This document shows, in pieces, positions 26,965 to 40,631 of a DNA stretch of 64,000 nucleotides. The stretch comes from Octopus vulgaris. Lineage: Eukaryota. Each line of letters starts with the position of its first letter. Position 1 is the stretch's first letter. Under the pieces are notes generated by a model. That model saw only the letters and a list, made by a program, of their open reading frames with translations, did no database searches and was not told where the DNA came from. The stretch spans positions 73,346,001 to 73,410,000 of the forward strand of contig OX597819.1 of the NCBI GenBank assembly GCA_951406725.2, read 5' to 3'. The position numbers and the translations under genes are program-made.

Positions 26965-27020
<56 letters not shown>

Positions 27021-27259
27021 TTGTAAACTGTGAAATAGGTTATATAAAACTAATCAGGGCAGTGGTTCTTAGCTAAGGTCCACATGACCGTTAGGGAACT
27101 ACATAAGATTTTGTTGTTGAAAATTTATGTGCAATATTTTGTTTATATTTCTACATGAGATGTTTCGACATTTTTTAAATACAATTTCTAATAATATTTA
27201 ATTATAAAAATATAACAGAATTCTTTTAAGCTGGTGAATAGCTATAGCAGTCCACACAA

Positions 27260-27675
27260 TCTGAGCGTAGCTGATGCCAGTGCCCCCTGACTGGTCCCTG
27301 CACCGGTGTCACATAAAAAGCACCATCCGAATGTGGCTGATGCCAGTACCCTCTGACTGGCCCCTGCACCGGTGGCACATAAAAAGCACCATCTGAATGT
27401 GGCTGATGCCAGTACCCCTTGACTGGCTCCTGCACTGGTGGCACATAAAAAGCACCATCTGAATGTGGCTGATGCCAGTACCCCTTGACTGGCTCCTGTG
27501 CCGGTGGCACATAAAAAGCACCATCTGAACGTGGCTGATGCCAGTACCTCCTGACTGGCTCCCGTGCTGGTGGCACATAAAAAGCACCCACTGCACTCTC
27601 AGAGTAATTGGCATTAGGAAGGGCATCCAGCTGTAGAAACTCTGCCAGATCAGATTGAAGCTTGGTGCAGCCAGA
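27260..27675 (+). repeat. RTE 3' UTR fragment with five 66-bp tandem units
   Basis: Unit gctgatgccagtacccct..ggtggcacataaaaagcaccatctgaatgtg, visible as a 22-aa repeat in ORF 27226..27882. Followed by the aggaagggcatccagctgtagaaac motif. Confidence 0.85.
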
Positions 27676-27973
27676 TGTGTGTGTGTGTGTATGTGTGTGT
27701 ACATTTTTTTTGATATCACATAATAATTGTAAACAAGCATCACCTTCATACAAGTGGTGTTGTTTGTTTCCAGTCTTCCACAAAAAACAAGTCAAGCCAA
27801 AGGGAAATATTCCCTTTGGCTGGAAACAGATGGGGGTTGGTGACAGGAAGGGCATCCAACTGTAGAAAATTTGCCTCAACACTCCCTCCTAACTCATGCA
27901 AGCATAGAAAAATGGACGTTAAGCACTGATGATAATGATGACAATGATGTGTTCTATTAGACAATTCCCTGCT

Positions 27974-28014
<41 letters not shown>

Positions 28015-28375
28015 AGAGTAGCAACCACTTATACTGGAGAATTGCATTTTCTGTAATTCCATATTATTTTATAGAGTTAGTGAGAGTTTCCCTGTTAAAT
28101 CACATGGTAAAAACCCTCTCAAATCATTACTGGTTACATTATCAAACTGTTAGATGCTGATTGCATAGAGTCCATGCAGTGTGGTTTGTGATGTCATGAT
28201 TGATGGTAGTGGTGTTGTTGTTGTTGTTGTATAAAATATCAGAGATCAAATGCCAGCAATAGTAGAAATACCAGACTCTTAACACATCATTTGCAAATTA
28301 ATCTACTGGATTTCAGTGAAATACCAATCCTGAGACCTTTTAAAAGCTGAATATTTTTAGAAAATGGTGTTTGAA

Positions 28376-28426
<51 letters not shown>

Positions 28427-28450
28427 TAATAATAATAATAATAAAAATAA

Positions 28451-29533
28451 CCACCATAGGACTGCAAAAATACCTACTTCAGAAGGAAGGAAAACTGATC
28501 CAGATAGCAGCAAAACCCGAGCAAAACAAAAAACTGTTCTCAGTATTTAAGGAAGCTGACAAATACAAACAAGAAATCATATCACCTAATAAACACAAAG
28601 AAGAAGAAGAAGATGATGAAGAAACAACAAAAGCTATAAAACAAATGAAATCCAAACTAAAAATAGAACAGCAACGAGCCATGATAAAACGATGGTAAAT
28701 ACTGCACTAAACTAAACGCAAAAGAAATAGACAAAGAAAAATCCCAGCAATGGTTGAGAAGCTCAGGACTCAAAGCAGAAACAGAGGGATTTTTAATTGC
28801 AGCACAAGACCAAAGCCTCCCCACCAGAAATTACCAAAAACATGTAATGAAAAGAAATATTACAAGTAACTGCAGAATATGTGGAGATGGACAAGAAACA
28901 ATAAATCATATTATCTCTAGCTGCCCAGTCCTGGCTAAGAAGGAATATATTCACAGACATGACAGAGTTGGAACCTACATACATTGGAAGCTATGCCAAC
29001 ATTATGGAATAACAACAGAAAAAAGATGGTATAGGCACACACCAGAAAAGGTCACAGAAAACGAGAAAGCAACCATACTCTGGGATATGCCGATACACAC
29101 AGATAGAGAAATTAAGGCCAACAGACCAGATATAGTTGTCAGAGATCATGAAGAAAAAAATGCTTTCTAATTGATGTATCAATACCGGCAGATGACAACG
29201 TGTCTCTAAAAGAAATGGAGAAACTCTCAAAATACAAAGACCTGGAAATAGAGGTAACTAGAATGTGGAACTTGAAAACAGAAACAATTCCTATCATAGT
29301 AGGTGCATTAGGCATGATAAAAAAATATTCAGACAAATACATAACAAAAACACCAGGACTTACAAACACATATAACATACAGAAAATTGCACTACTAGGC
29401 ACTGCACACATCCTACGCAGAACACTTTCCATACAATAACCATCAGAGCATCACAACAAATCACAGCACATACCCAAGGCACACAGAGCTGCGCTCGGTA
29501 GTGAAGTGAAAGCACGCTATAAAAATAAAACTA

Positions 29534-29573
<40 letters not shown>
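28451..29573 (+). mobile_element. R4/Dong-clade LINE 3' fragment (zinc knuckle + restriction-like endonuclease) in an (AAT)n array
   Basis: ETEGFLIAAQDQ, CRICGDGQETINHIISSC, RHDRVG, NRPDIVV, LIDVSIP, EKLSKYKDL. One frameshift in an A-run near 29160. (AAT)n on both sides. Confidence 0.92.
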
Positions 29574-29575
<2 letters not shown>

Positions 29576-29756
29576 CTTTCTTTACTCTTTCACTTGTTTC
29601 AGTCATTTGACCTTTAGTCGAGCAAATCGACCCTAGAACTTATTCTTTGTAAGCCAAGCACTTATTCTATCGGTCTCTTTTGCTGAACCTCCAGCATCAG
29701 TTGTCAAGCGATGTTGGGGGAGACAAACACAGATACACAAACATATACACACACAC

Positions 29757-29807
<51 letters not shown>

Positions 29808-29980
29808 CGATGGGCTTCTTTCAGTTTCCGTCTACCAAATCCACTCACAAGGCTTTGGTCGACCCAAGGCTATAGTAGAAGACACTTACACAAGGTGCCA
29901 AGCAGTGGGAATGAACCTGGAACCATGTGGTTGGTAAGTAAGCTACTTACCATACAGCCAATAATAACAACAACAACAGT

Positions 29981-30480
29981 AAAGATGTGGTATGAGCACA
30001 CTCCAGAATGAGTCACCGAGAATGGGAATTACAAAATCTTGTGGGATGCAATGACCCACTGCAATCACCTGACCAAACATAAGAAACTGGACATTGTTGT
30101 GGTGAATAAAATAGAAAGAATATGCATGACTATTGACATAGCATGCCCCAGTGACAACAGGATCAATGTGAAAGAAGAAGAGAAAATAAAGCACTATGAT
30201 GATTTGAAGTGGGAAATATAAGAGTTGTGGCCAACGAAGAGAGTAGACAGGATACCAATAGTAGTAATTGGTGCGCTTGGAAGTATCAGCACTCAACTAC
30301 CAACATGGCCGAAAAAGATTGGTGCAAGTGTGAAGGTAGAACACAACAAAAATCAGCATGGCTTAGAATTTTGCAGGGTTCTTGAAGCATGACCAATAAA
30401 CAGGTGTCACCTTAGTCTGCTGCCTGTGGAGAGCTGACACTTTCATCATACCCAGCAAAATAAGCTGTTAGTTTTCATAC
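29981..30480 (+). mobile_element. R4/Dong LINE 3' fragment, second subfamily
   Basis: ILWD..KLDIVV..IDIACPSD..EKIKHYDDLKWEI and IPIVVIGALG. Flanked by (AAC)n. Confidence 0.8.
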
Positions 30481-30525
30481 AACAACAATAACAACAACAG
30501 CAACAGCAACAACAACAACAACAAA

Positions 30526-31076
30526 TGCCCTGATGCAGTACTAGACAGTGGCTCTCATGACTTCTGATCTTAACTGATTGGAAGTGTTATGTACATTGTT
30601 TTGTTTTGGTATAAAAGATGGGCTACAGCAAATATTCTGCTCAATACAACAGATTTGCTTGTCAGTTGTTTGATCTTAACCAGTTGACCATGTCCCTTAG
30701 TGGCTGACGATATGTTCAGCTCTGATCATGAGCAGAAGTAGTGGGGGAGCATCATAGCCATGTGTTGAGAGGAATTCTTGGTAGTTTGGATAATTCACCT
30801 TTGGAAACATGGGTGGTTCGTTCAACATCCTTAAACAATCCTTATTCAAGGACCTTTTGAGCAGGATGGACTACTCGACCAGAAGAAAATTCTAACTGGG
30901 CCCCACCTGCAAGGTCATGTGCTGTTTATCTTGATATGAGATCACCATGTTGCACACATATGGGTGTGATGCATGTGCCTGGTGTACCCTTATCAGACGG
31001 GTAGTCATGATGGGTATATTGGGCTTTGTATATTTTACCCCAGTGTCATTTTGATGGCATGCACTGCTCTCTCACT

Positions 31077-31138
<62 letters not shown>
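30526..31138 (+). mobile_element. Probable 3' UTR of another (AAT)n-tailed LINE
   Basis: Non-coding, higher-GC block that starts in (AAC)n and ends ctctctcactc(AAT)n. Family not identified. Confidence 0.45.
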
Positions 31139-31519
31139 CTTTTCTGCTCTAGGTACAAGGCCCAAAATTTGGGGGGAGGGGGCCGGTCAATTAGATCAAC
31201 CCCAGTACTCAAATGGGTACTTAATTTATCAACCCCGAAAGGATGAAAGGTAAACTTGACCTCGATGGAATTTGAACTCAGAACATAAAGACAGACGAAA
31301 TACTGCTAACTGAAAATACCTGATTCTTCTTAAAAATCTTTCAAAACTGAAATATTACAAATTTAATAGAATTTTAGTTCTCTGATTCTAGCCTCCTTCC
31401 CAGACAATATATGATTACTAATCATAAATAACATTCACAGATGTCCAACTTGCTTTTACTTGAGGTCTCTGAGGGAGATTCGGAACAGCTCATATAAAAC
31501 AAAACTACAACAATGTAAA

Positions 31520-33702
31520 TAATGACAGATTTTACCGAGTTCAAGGGTACTGGCTAAAGAAATTCAGTAGTTTACATGGGAAACTGAAGGAACAATTCTA
31601 GGATTGCCTGAATGGAAGGATAATACCAGATTGGATGATTAGAGGGAGAACAATACTCATTATGAAAGATAAAAGCAAGGGTAATAACAGCTAGCAACTA
31701 CAGGCCAATCACTAGCTTACCATTAGTGTGGAAGCAGTTAACAGGAATGCTTTCAGAAATCATTTACGAGCACCTTGGCAACCCGAATTTACAACCAGAA
31801 GAACAGCAAGGTTGCAGGAAGAAGGTTATAAGAATGCATGATCTGTTATACATAGACAAAGCAGTTCTAAATGAAGTAAAAGATAGAAAGAAAAATCTAA
31901 CAATAGTATGGATAGATTATAGGAAAACCTATGACATGATCCCACATTCATGGATAAGTGTATGTTTGAATATGTTCAGTATAGTAGACAACATAAGAAA
32001 ATTAATTTGCTTTAGCATAAAGAAATGGAAAATAGATCTATACTCAGGTGACACATTCTTAGGGGAAAGTTAATAACAAAAGAGAGATTTTCCAAGGAGA
32101 CTCGTTATCCCTTTAATATTTGTTCTATGTTTGATCCTCCTCAGTTTAGTGTTAAGGAAGGCAAAGGCAGGGTATCAGGTCAGAAATAGTAAGGGAAAGA
32201 GCAACCATTTGCTCTATATGGATGAGTTGAAGCTTTTTAGTAAGAATGAAAAGGAGACAGATTCCTTAATACAGACTGTAAAACTCTTCATCAAAAAAAA
32301 ATAAATAAAGGCATGGAATTTGGCAGAGATAAGCGTGCAATATTAGTCATGAGAAGGAGACAGGTAGTCAACAGTGAAGGCATCCAATTACCAGATGGCC
32401 AGACATTAAAATCATTGAAAGGAGAAGAGAGTTATAAGTATCTAGGAGTATTAGAATTGGACAGAGTACTAGCAACAGAAATGAAAACGAAAATTGAGAA
32501 GGGGTACATCAGAAGGGTGAGGAAGCTAATGAAGTCAAAGCTAAATGGTCCGAATCTAGTGAAGGCTGTAAATACTTGGGCAGTATCATTACTTACATAC
32601 TCAGCAAAAACTGAATCAGTAAAGCTAGACAGAACTAGGAAGGAATTTAATATGGATGGAGGACTCCACTCAAGGGCAAGAGTAGATTATACTTACCTAG
32701 AAAGGAAACGTGGAAGAGGGCAGTAGAAGACTGTGTGGAATTGGCTTGAGTAGATAAATACTCCTATGTAGGTAATAGTTAAGAAAGTTTACTAAGAGCT
32801 GCTAGAGTCACAGCAAGACATAGGGAAACTAAAAAAAAAAATACAAAGTTAAAAACCAGAAAAAAACCCCAAAATTATCTGACTGGCAGGAGAAGGCTCT
32901 GTATGGTAGGTTTCCAAAGATAGTTGCAGCAAATAGTAGTAGTGAGGCATGGTTATGGTTGCAGAAAGGAAAGCTGAAAAGGGAGACAAAGTTTGTCAGT
33001 AGCTACATAAGATCAAGCATTAAGGACTAATTGGATACAAGCCAAGATAGACAAAAACCAAGTAGATTCCCAATGTAGTTTATGCAAATCAAAAGAGGAA
33101 AGTGCTACTCATATAGTAAGTGAATGTAGCATGCTGGTACAGAAAGCATACAAGAAAAAACATGACAAACCAGGGAGAGTAATCCACTGGGAGACATGTA
33201 GAAAGCTAGGATTTGAACATATGGATAAATGGTATGAACATGAATCTAGTATAGTACTAGAAAGTAAAAAATACAAGATGTTGTGGGACTTTAACAGTCA
33301 GACTGACAGAGTAATAGGAGCTAGAAGGCCTGATTTAGCAGTGGTAGATAAAGAGAATAGAAAGCACCAGATAATTGACTTTACAGTCCCAAATGATGAA
33401 AACATTAATATGAGAGGTATACAAAAAAATAGCAAAGTACCAGGACCTAGCTATTGAATTTCAGAGACTCTGGAAAGTGCAGGTAAAATGTATCCCAGTA
33501 CTTATAGGTGCATTGGGAACTATCCCTAAAGACCTGGACAGGTGGATTGAGGAAATAGGCATAAAACCCAGTTTAGTACAGCTGCAGAAAACAGTGGATA
33601 CTTCGGTAGGATACTTAGGAGGCTTCTTGGCATCTAAGGCAACTTGTTGTAGCCCTATGTTAGGATTTTTCTTTTCCGACAGTCTAATCTGTCGAGTGTA
33701 TA

Positions 33703-33770
<68 letters not shown>
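31520..33770 (+). mobile_element. R4/Dong LINE fragment with RT and REL endonuclease, decayed
   Basis: NYRPITSL, EEQQGCRK, WIDYRKTYDMIPHSW, FQGDSLS, HLLYMDELKL, YKYLGVLE, RRPDLAVVD, IIDFTVP, IPVLIGALG. (AAT)n tail. Confidence 0.9.
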
Positions 33771-33771
<1 letters not shown>

Positions 33772-34728
33772 GTTTCAAATTTTGACCCCAATGCTCAACT
33801 GGTACTTATTTTATCAACCTTGGCAGGATGAAAGCAAAGTCAACCTCAGCAGAATTTGAACTCAGAAAGTAAAGACGAACGAAATACTGCTAAGCATTTT
33901 GTCCAGCATGCTAATAATTCCGCCAGCTCACCACCTTAATAATAACAACAACAACAATAATTCAGAAATTCAAAAATTCAATGAGGTGAACATCAGTATA
34001 TATATATATAACTTTTTTTTCTATCAGTAATTAAAAATAGAACAAGGTGAATTGGTTCTTTTCAAGGCCAAGGTCGCTAGTGGTAGTAAACACATTTGAC
34101 CTCTACTGATCCCAAGGGTGTGAGGCCTCTTTTGTTTCCTTATGGCACAGGAATATCCATTGCTGACCTCCTCACCATCTGCCAAATCTATTTACAGACC
34201 TGTAGAATTTGGTCTATTCACCAAGCTGCTTCTCTTCCTCCTACTATTCCCATGAACCCTCACATATTCTCAAGTACAAGACGAAAGTTGAAACTAAACA
34301 ACATTTAATAATACCTTTTAATAATAAATGGAAATAATAATCATAATGATAACAACAACAATAATAATCCCTTCTACTAAAGGCACAAGGCCTGAAATTT
34401 TGTGTGAGGGGACAAGTCGATTACATTGATCCCAGTGTTTCACTGGTATTTAATTTATCAACCCCAAAAGGATGAAAGGCAAAGTCGACTCTGGTGGAAT
34501 TTGAACTCAGAACACAAAGACAGTCAAAATGCCACTAAGCATTTCATCTGGCATGCCTTCCTGTTGCTAACTAACCCTCACCTGTTTCCATGCCTGATAC
34601 TTTTTTTATTAGTCTCATTTGTCAAACAACTAGATCAGAAGACTTAAACACACTAAAGCAGGTTGTCAAGCAGTGGTGGTGGTGGTGGGGGACAAACATA
34701 GACACAGACACACACACACATTTATATA

Positions 34729-34934
34729 TTCTTTTATTCGTTTACTCGTTTCAGTCAGTTTGACTGTGGCCGTGGCCATGCTGGAGCATCACCTTTAGTC
34801 GAGCAAATTGACCCCAGGACTTATTCTTTGTAAGCCTAGTACTTATTCTATCATTCTCTTATGCTGAACCGCTAAGTTACGGAGACGTAAACACACAAGC
34901 ATTGGTTGTCAAGTGATGTGGGGGGGGGACACAT

Positions 34935-34980
<46 letters not shown>

Positions 34981-35142
34981 GATAGGCTTCTTTTAGTTTC
35001 CATCTACCAAATCCACTCACAAGGCTTTGGTCAGCCCGAGGCTATTGTAGAAGACACTTGCCCAAGGTGCCACACAGTGGGACTGAACCCAGAACCATGT
35101 GGTTGGTAAACAAGCTACTTACCACACAGCCACTCCTGTGCC
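34729..35142 (-). mobile_element. SINE family B
   Basis: Near full-length copy of the 8858-9240 family. Confidence 0.85.
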
Positions 35143-35489
35143 TATGTATATATAAACTGAAAGGCATTATGAATAAATGCTCCAATCGGTCAAAACAACT
35201 TTATATCATTCCCAAACTATCATAAATTGAATATAAATATATATTAAAACAAGGCACCCAATGGTAAAACCCAACAGTATAAAATTTTATTGAATAAATT
35301 CACTCTTTAGCATTTCAAGATATTTTTATGTTATTTTGGTAAATATATCTGTTAAAATGAGATGTCAGTGTTATTATCATTTTTGTGTAATTTAGACAAC
35401 AGTTTATTCACCGCACCCTGGATATATATAATGTCAGTAGATCATATGTCTGAAAAAGAAGCATACTTTAATTGTAAAAGCAGTAATGT

Positions 35490-35686
35490 ATTTACAAGAA
35501 GTTAATTATTTGGTCGGTCATAGAGTGACCAGTGGTTTCATATCCTTAAAGTGCTTGGACTTGTAGATGACTTGTCTGTAGCCATTGGAGTCTGACAAGC
35601 TGTCTTTGTCTATATGGCTAAGCACTTTATGGATGCAAAATCATTGGTCACTCTATGACCAGCCTTATAAATAACTTCCTGTAAAT
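35490..35686. repeat. Palindromic MITE-like element
   Basis: Arms atttacaagaagtta..ggtcatagagtgacca..aaagtgctt / aagcacttt..tggtcactctatgacc..taacttcctgtaaat. Confidence 0.78.
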
Positions 35687-36357
35687 GAACATATAATGTG
35701 AAGTGGTTGGCATTTGGAAAGGCATCCAGCTGTAAAGACCATGCCAAAACTGATCTTGTCTGTGCTGGTGCCACGTAAAAAGCACTCAGTCTACCTCTAT
35801 GGGGTGGTTAGTGTTTAGGAAGGGCATCCAGCCATAAAGACCCTGCTAAAACAGACACAGTAGCCTGGGGTAGTATTCTACCTGGCCAGCTCCTGTCAAA
35901 CTGTCTGTAACCCATACCAGCATGGAAGGTAAATGTTTAAATGATGATGATATATATATATATATATATATCATCATCATCATCATCATCATCGTTTAGC
36001 GTCCGCTTTCCATGCTAGCATGGGTTGGACGGTTCAACTGGGGTCTGGGAAGCCAGAAGGCTGCACCAGGCCCAGTTTGATCTGGCAATGTTTCTACGGC
36101 TGGATGTCCTTCCTAACGCCAACCACTCCATGAGTGTAGTGGGTGCTTTTTACGTGCCACCGGCATAGGTGCCAGACGAGTCTGGCAAACGGCCATGATC
36201 GGATGGTGCTTTTTATGTTCCACTGGCACGGGGGCCAGGCAAGGCTGGCAATGGCCACGAACGGATGGTGCCCTTTACGTGCCACCGGCACGGGGGCCAG
36301 GCCAGGCTGGCAACAGCCACGAACGGATGGTGAAGGTTTTAATCAACTAAAAATACA

Positions 36358-36533
36358 GGCATAGGAGCGGCTGTGTGGTAAGTAGCTTGCTTACCAACCA
36401 CATGGTTCCGGGTTCAGTCCCACTGCGTGGCACCTTGAGCAAGTGTTTTCTACTATAGCCTTGGGCTGACCAAAGCCTTGTGAATGAATTTGGTAGATGG
36501 AAACTGAAAAAGCCCATCGTATATATATATATA

Positions 36534-36618
<85 letters not shown>

Positions 36619-36870
36619 GTATATGTGTGTGTGTGTGTGTGTGTATGTCTGTGTGTCTGTGTTTGGCCTGCCAACATCGCTTGACAACTGATGCTGGTGT
36701 GTTTATGTCCCTGTAACTTAGTGGTTTTGCAAAAGAGACTGATAGAATATGTACTATTAAATAGGCTTACAAAGAATAAGTCCTGGGGTCGATTTGCTCG
36801 ACTAAAGGCGGTGCTCCAGCATGGCCACAGTCACATGACTGAAACAAGTAAAAAGTAAAAGTAAGTAAGT
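36358..36870 (+). mobile_element. SINE family B with expanded internal (AT)n
   Basis: tRNA head, ggcaccttgagcaagtg body and standard tail. Confidence 0.87.
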
Positions 36871-37298
36871 AATCTACAATACAAACAAAGATTGTTAAAT
36901 TGTAAGCAAAACTAAACTTCAACACAATAACAGGTTTATGCAGTGAGTTGCTACAGTCTCGACTAACTAAAAACTAACACTGAACACGTTGAGCTGTAAA
37001 CAGAACAGAACTCTGCACAGTTGCACTGCAGGCAAATAACAGCTATCAAGACAATCAAAGTCATGTGATCAAAACTAAAATCACAACAATATATAAATAT
37101 ATAATTGGTTTCTTTCAGTTTCTGGCTTTGGTGTGCCCTTGGCTATTGTTGGAAATGTTTGCCTGAGATGTCTATCCACGCTTATGTATGTATGTATGTA
37201 TGTATGTATGTATGTATGTATGTATGTATGTATGTATGTATGTATGTATGTATGTATGCATGTATGTATGTATCATATGTGCATTTCTTTTTATATAT

Positions 37299-37850
37299 AA
37301 TGTTTTGTTACATGAGCATGTTACCATCAGGCATGCAGGGTGTTGATGTTATTAAATAAGATAGTGAGTGTTAATTTCCAATCTGTTATTAATTCGGGGC
37401 CCTAGTCTGTCTATGAGGAGAGCTTCCTTAATTCTTAAATTTCCTAAATTTCTTTCACAGGCCTCAATTGTGACTGTTATGTTTTTGTTGGTGTTCCGGC
37501 ATCTGTTTAGATGTTTTCTGAAGGAGGATGCTTGCGTGTTTAGATGTTCTTTGATCCAAATGTGTAATGGTCTTGTTGTGCTACCCACATAGAACTTGTT
37601 GCATTTGTTACATTGTGTTGCTGGGTATTCTGTGTGTTTGGCATGTTTGTCGTCTCAGGTACTTAAGCCAATTGACAATGGATATAGGGTACCCGTTAGT
37701 TTTCAATACCTCTAGGAAGCATGTGGTATGGGTCACCTTGTCCTCTGTCCTGCTGCACTTGCTCTGGATGTGTGCAAGTTCATTTCTGGCGCATCCTATT
37801 TTGGCAATGAGTGGAACAGTTGAATTGTTGTGAACAAACATATCTCTACT
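37299..37850 (-). mobile_element. Penelope-like element 3' fragment (RT C-terminus + GIY-YIG endonuclease)
   Basis: L..NGYP, then KCNKFYVGSTTRPLHIWIKEH...LRIKEALLIDRLGPRINNR. A degenerate hammerhead-like motif follows the stop codon. Confidence 0.85.
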
Positions 37851-39527
37851 GTTTAATACACTTCAACATTGTAGAAAAATTTTTTACAATGCAATAATAA
37901 AAAACGTGGAAACCAAATCATGTTTTAACTTTATTCAACTGATATATATCATCATCATCATCATCATCATCATTTAACGTCCGTTGTCCATGCTGGCATG
38001 GGTTGGACAGTTTGACTGGGCTGGCATGGTGGAAGGCTGCACCAGACTCCAGTCTGATTTGGCATGGTTTTCTACAGCTGGATACCCTTCCTAACGCCAA
38101 CTACTCTGAGAGTGTAATGGATGCTTTTATGTGCCATTTGCATGACACTGGGGTGCTTTTAGATGCCACCGGCATACACACACACACACATACACACACA
38201 CACAAACACACACAAACACACACATGCATGACATTGAGAATTTAAATAAAGTGGGCATGAAAATTTTCAGTTTCACTTTGATTAAAATCCTAGCTGCTGC
38301 AGAGTAAACTGTCTCACTATGGTTCACCAGTATTTGGTGTCTCTAACTGGCACTGGCTCCCCCTTCGTTTGTCACTTTAGTTTCCCTCTACCAGTGTTAA
38401 TGGATGGAGTGGGAAACACATTGTTTTGTCATATATCTGATATTTTCATGATGAATAATAGAAACACATTTTATCTCAGCAGCAGTGTGCTGGCCTCAAT
38501 TCAAACTATCCAGTAAACACCTGCAATAACAATGAGCCAATGACAGAGCCTCTATGTGGTTGATCAGCCAGTTAGAAATAACAGCCAAATCTCTTTACGA
38601 TTATATCCTACATGTTATTTTTATAGATGCAGGTGTGACTGTGTGGTAAGAAGTTTGGGGTTCAGTCTCATGGGATGGCACCTTGAGCACATGTCTTCTA
38701 CTATAGCCCCAGGCTGACCAAAGCCTTGTGGGTGGATTTGTTTGATGGAAACTGAAAGAAGCCCATCATATATAATATATGAATGTGTGTGTGTGTGTGT
38801 GTGTGTGTGTGTCTGTTTGTCTGATACCATATCTTGACAACCAGTGTTGTTGTGTTTATGTCCCTATAACTTAGCAGTTCAACAAAAGAGACTGATAGAA
38901 TAAGTATCGGTACTTTAAAAAAAAACTGCTGGGGCAATTAATTCAACTGAAACAAGTAAAAAATGAAAGATACACATTGGAGAAGAGACTCATGGCCTTA
39001 CAAAAATATGACCTGATGTTTTAAATCAAAGGCCCTCCACTCATGACCACTAAGTCTTTTCCCTATATGCTGGGAACCAAATCTACATTATTCAACGTGT
39101 TCTTTTAAAGACAATAGGATATAATAAATGGATGGTTGGGTGTTATTTCTAACATGTCAAGCAATGACATAGAGGAAAACCTTCCCAACCCGTCAGCATA
39201 CTAACCCTTTCCCTATAAGATTTCTATTTAAATGCACTGGTTTTCTTCATCATCATCATCATCATCATCTTCTCCTCCTCCTCCTCCATGATGATGATGA
39301 TGATGATGATAATGATGATGAAGACATCCATTTTCCCATGCTTGCCTGGATCAGATAGAATGCGAGGCAGTAAATCTTCTACTGTTGGATGTCCTTTCAT
39401 ACGGCCAGAGATATTTTCGCAGAATATTGGAAACAAATGACCCTGCTTGTATGACAGTGACACTCAGTTACAACTATCACATGATACCAGGACAAGGGGA
39501 AAGAAACCCATGCACACACTGACACTT

Positions 39528-39817
39528 TGTTGGTTACAATGACAAGAGTTCCAGTTGTGAAATTGGTGTATAAGTGGCTGAGAACTCCACAGACATGTTT
39601 GCCCTTAATGTATTTCTCAGGGAGATTCAGCATGACACGGAATGTGACAAGGCCAGTCCTTTTTGAATTACAGATACAACTCAATTTTGCCAGCTGAGTG
39701 GACTGGAGCAACATGAAACAAAGTGTTTTGCTCAAGGACACAACGAGTTGCCTGAAATTGAACTCATGACCTTAGGATTGTGAGTTGAGTACTCTAACCC
39801 CTAAGCCATATGTCTTC
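39528..39817 (-). mobile_element. tRNA-derived SINE, family C' (CORE-like body, tail shared with family C)
   Basis: Minus-strand head tggcttaggggttagag, body gtccttgagcaaaacact, tail as in 3700-3870. Confidence 0.7.
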
Positions 39818-40581
39818 ACACAACACTCACACACACACACACATACAACAGGCTTCTTTCAGTTTCCATCTACCAAATCCATTTACAAGGCTTTGGTTGG
39901 CCCAGGGCTATAATAAAAGACACTTGCCTAAGGTGCCATGCAATGAGATTGAACCCAGAACCATGTCGTTGAGAAGCAAACTTCTTACCACACAGCCAAG
40001 CCAGCACCTTTTGTTTTGATTAATTTTGAAAATAATGAAGAATTGAGTAAAAAAGACATTATTAAACTGGTATTTGGAACGTTAATTAACATGAAATTTT
40101 AATGGAAGGTTTTAATTGTGATCACTTTAAAAATAAGGAATTTATTTCATAGAATCAGGAGTGGTCTCAGGGTGGCTGGTACAAAAAGGATAAGGTCTGG
40201 TTCTCTTTTGTAGGTGGAAGTGGGTCTGGATAGTTAATGAGTGTGTCCTCATTCCACTGTGTTGAGCTCACAGCTTTTAATGGAACCCAGCACTTACTTC
40301 CTGAAAGAAATGGTGTTAACATAAACACAAAGACAGAACTATTAAGCTCCAGGAAACTGAAGAGTTCTGTGAAAGTTTATTTGCATTCTTTGAATTTGCT
40401 TTTTTGGTAGTTCCATTCAGTGTGCATTCATTGACAAAATATATTTTGGAAAAACTGACGTTCTCCAGCCAGATGGCCTTTCCTAGAAGCATTGTATATA
40501 CATTGTGGTGTGGATGTGGACTGGACATTGGCTGTGGATGGACAGTCTATTACAGACCCTTAAAACTGATAGAGGAAAATG

Positions 40582-40631
40582 GAAGAAGAAGAAGAAGAAG
40601 AAGAAGAAGAAGAAGAAGAAGAAGAAGAAGA
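40582..40631. repeat. (GAA)n microsatellite
   Basis: Seen directly. Confidence 0.95.

Noticed and set aside
27060-27225. hAT-type MITE starting cagtggttctt
   Set aside because: The second TIR and an 8-bp TSD were not found.
27226-27882. 218-aa ORF with 22-aa repeats
   Set aside because: It is the antisense reading of a 66-bp tandem repeat in a LINE UTR.
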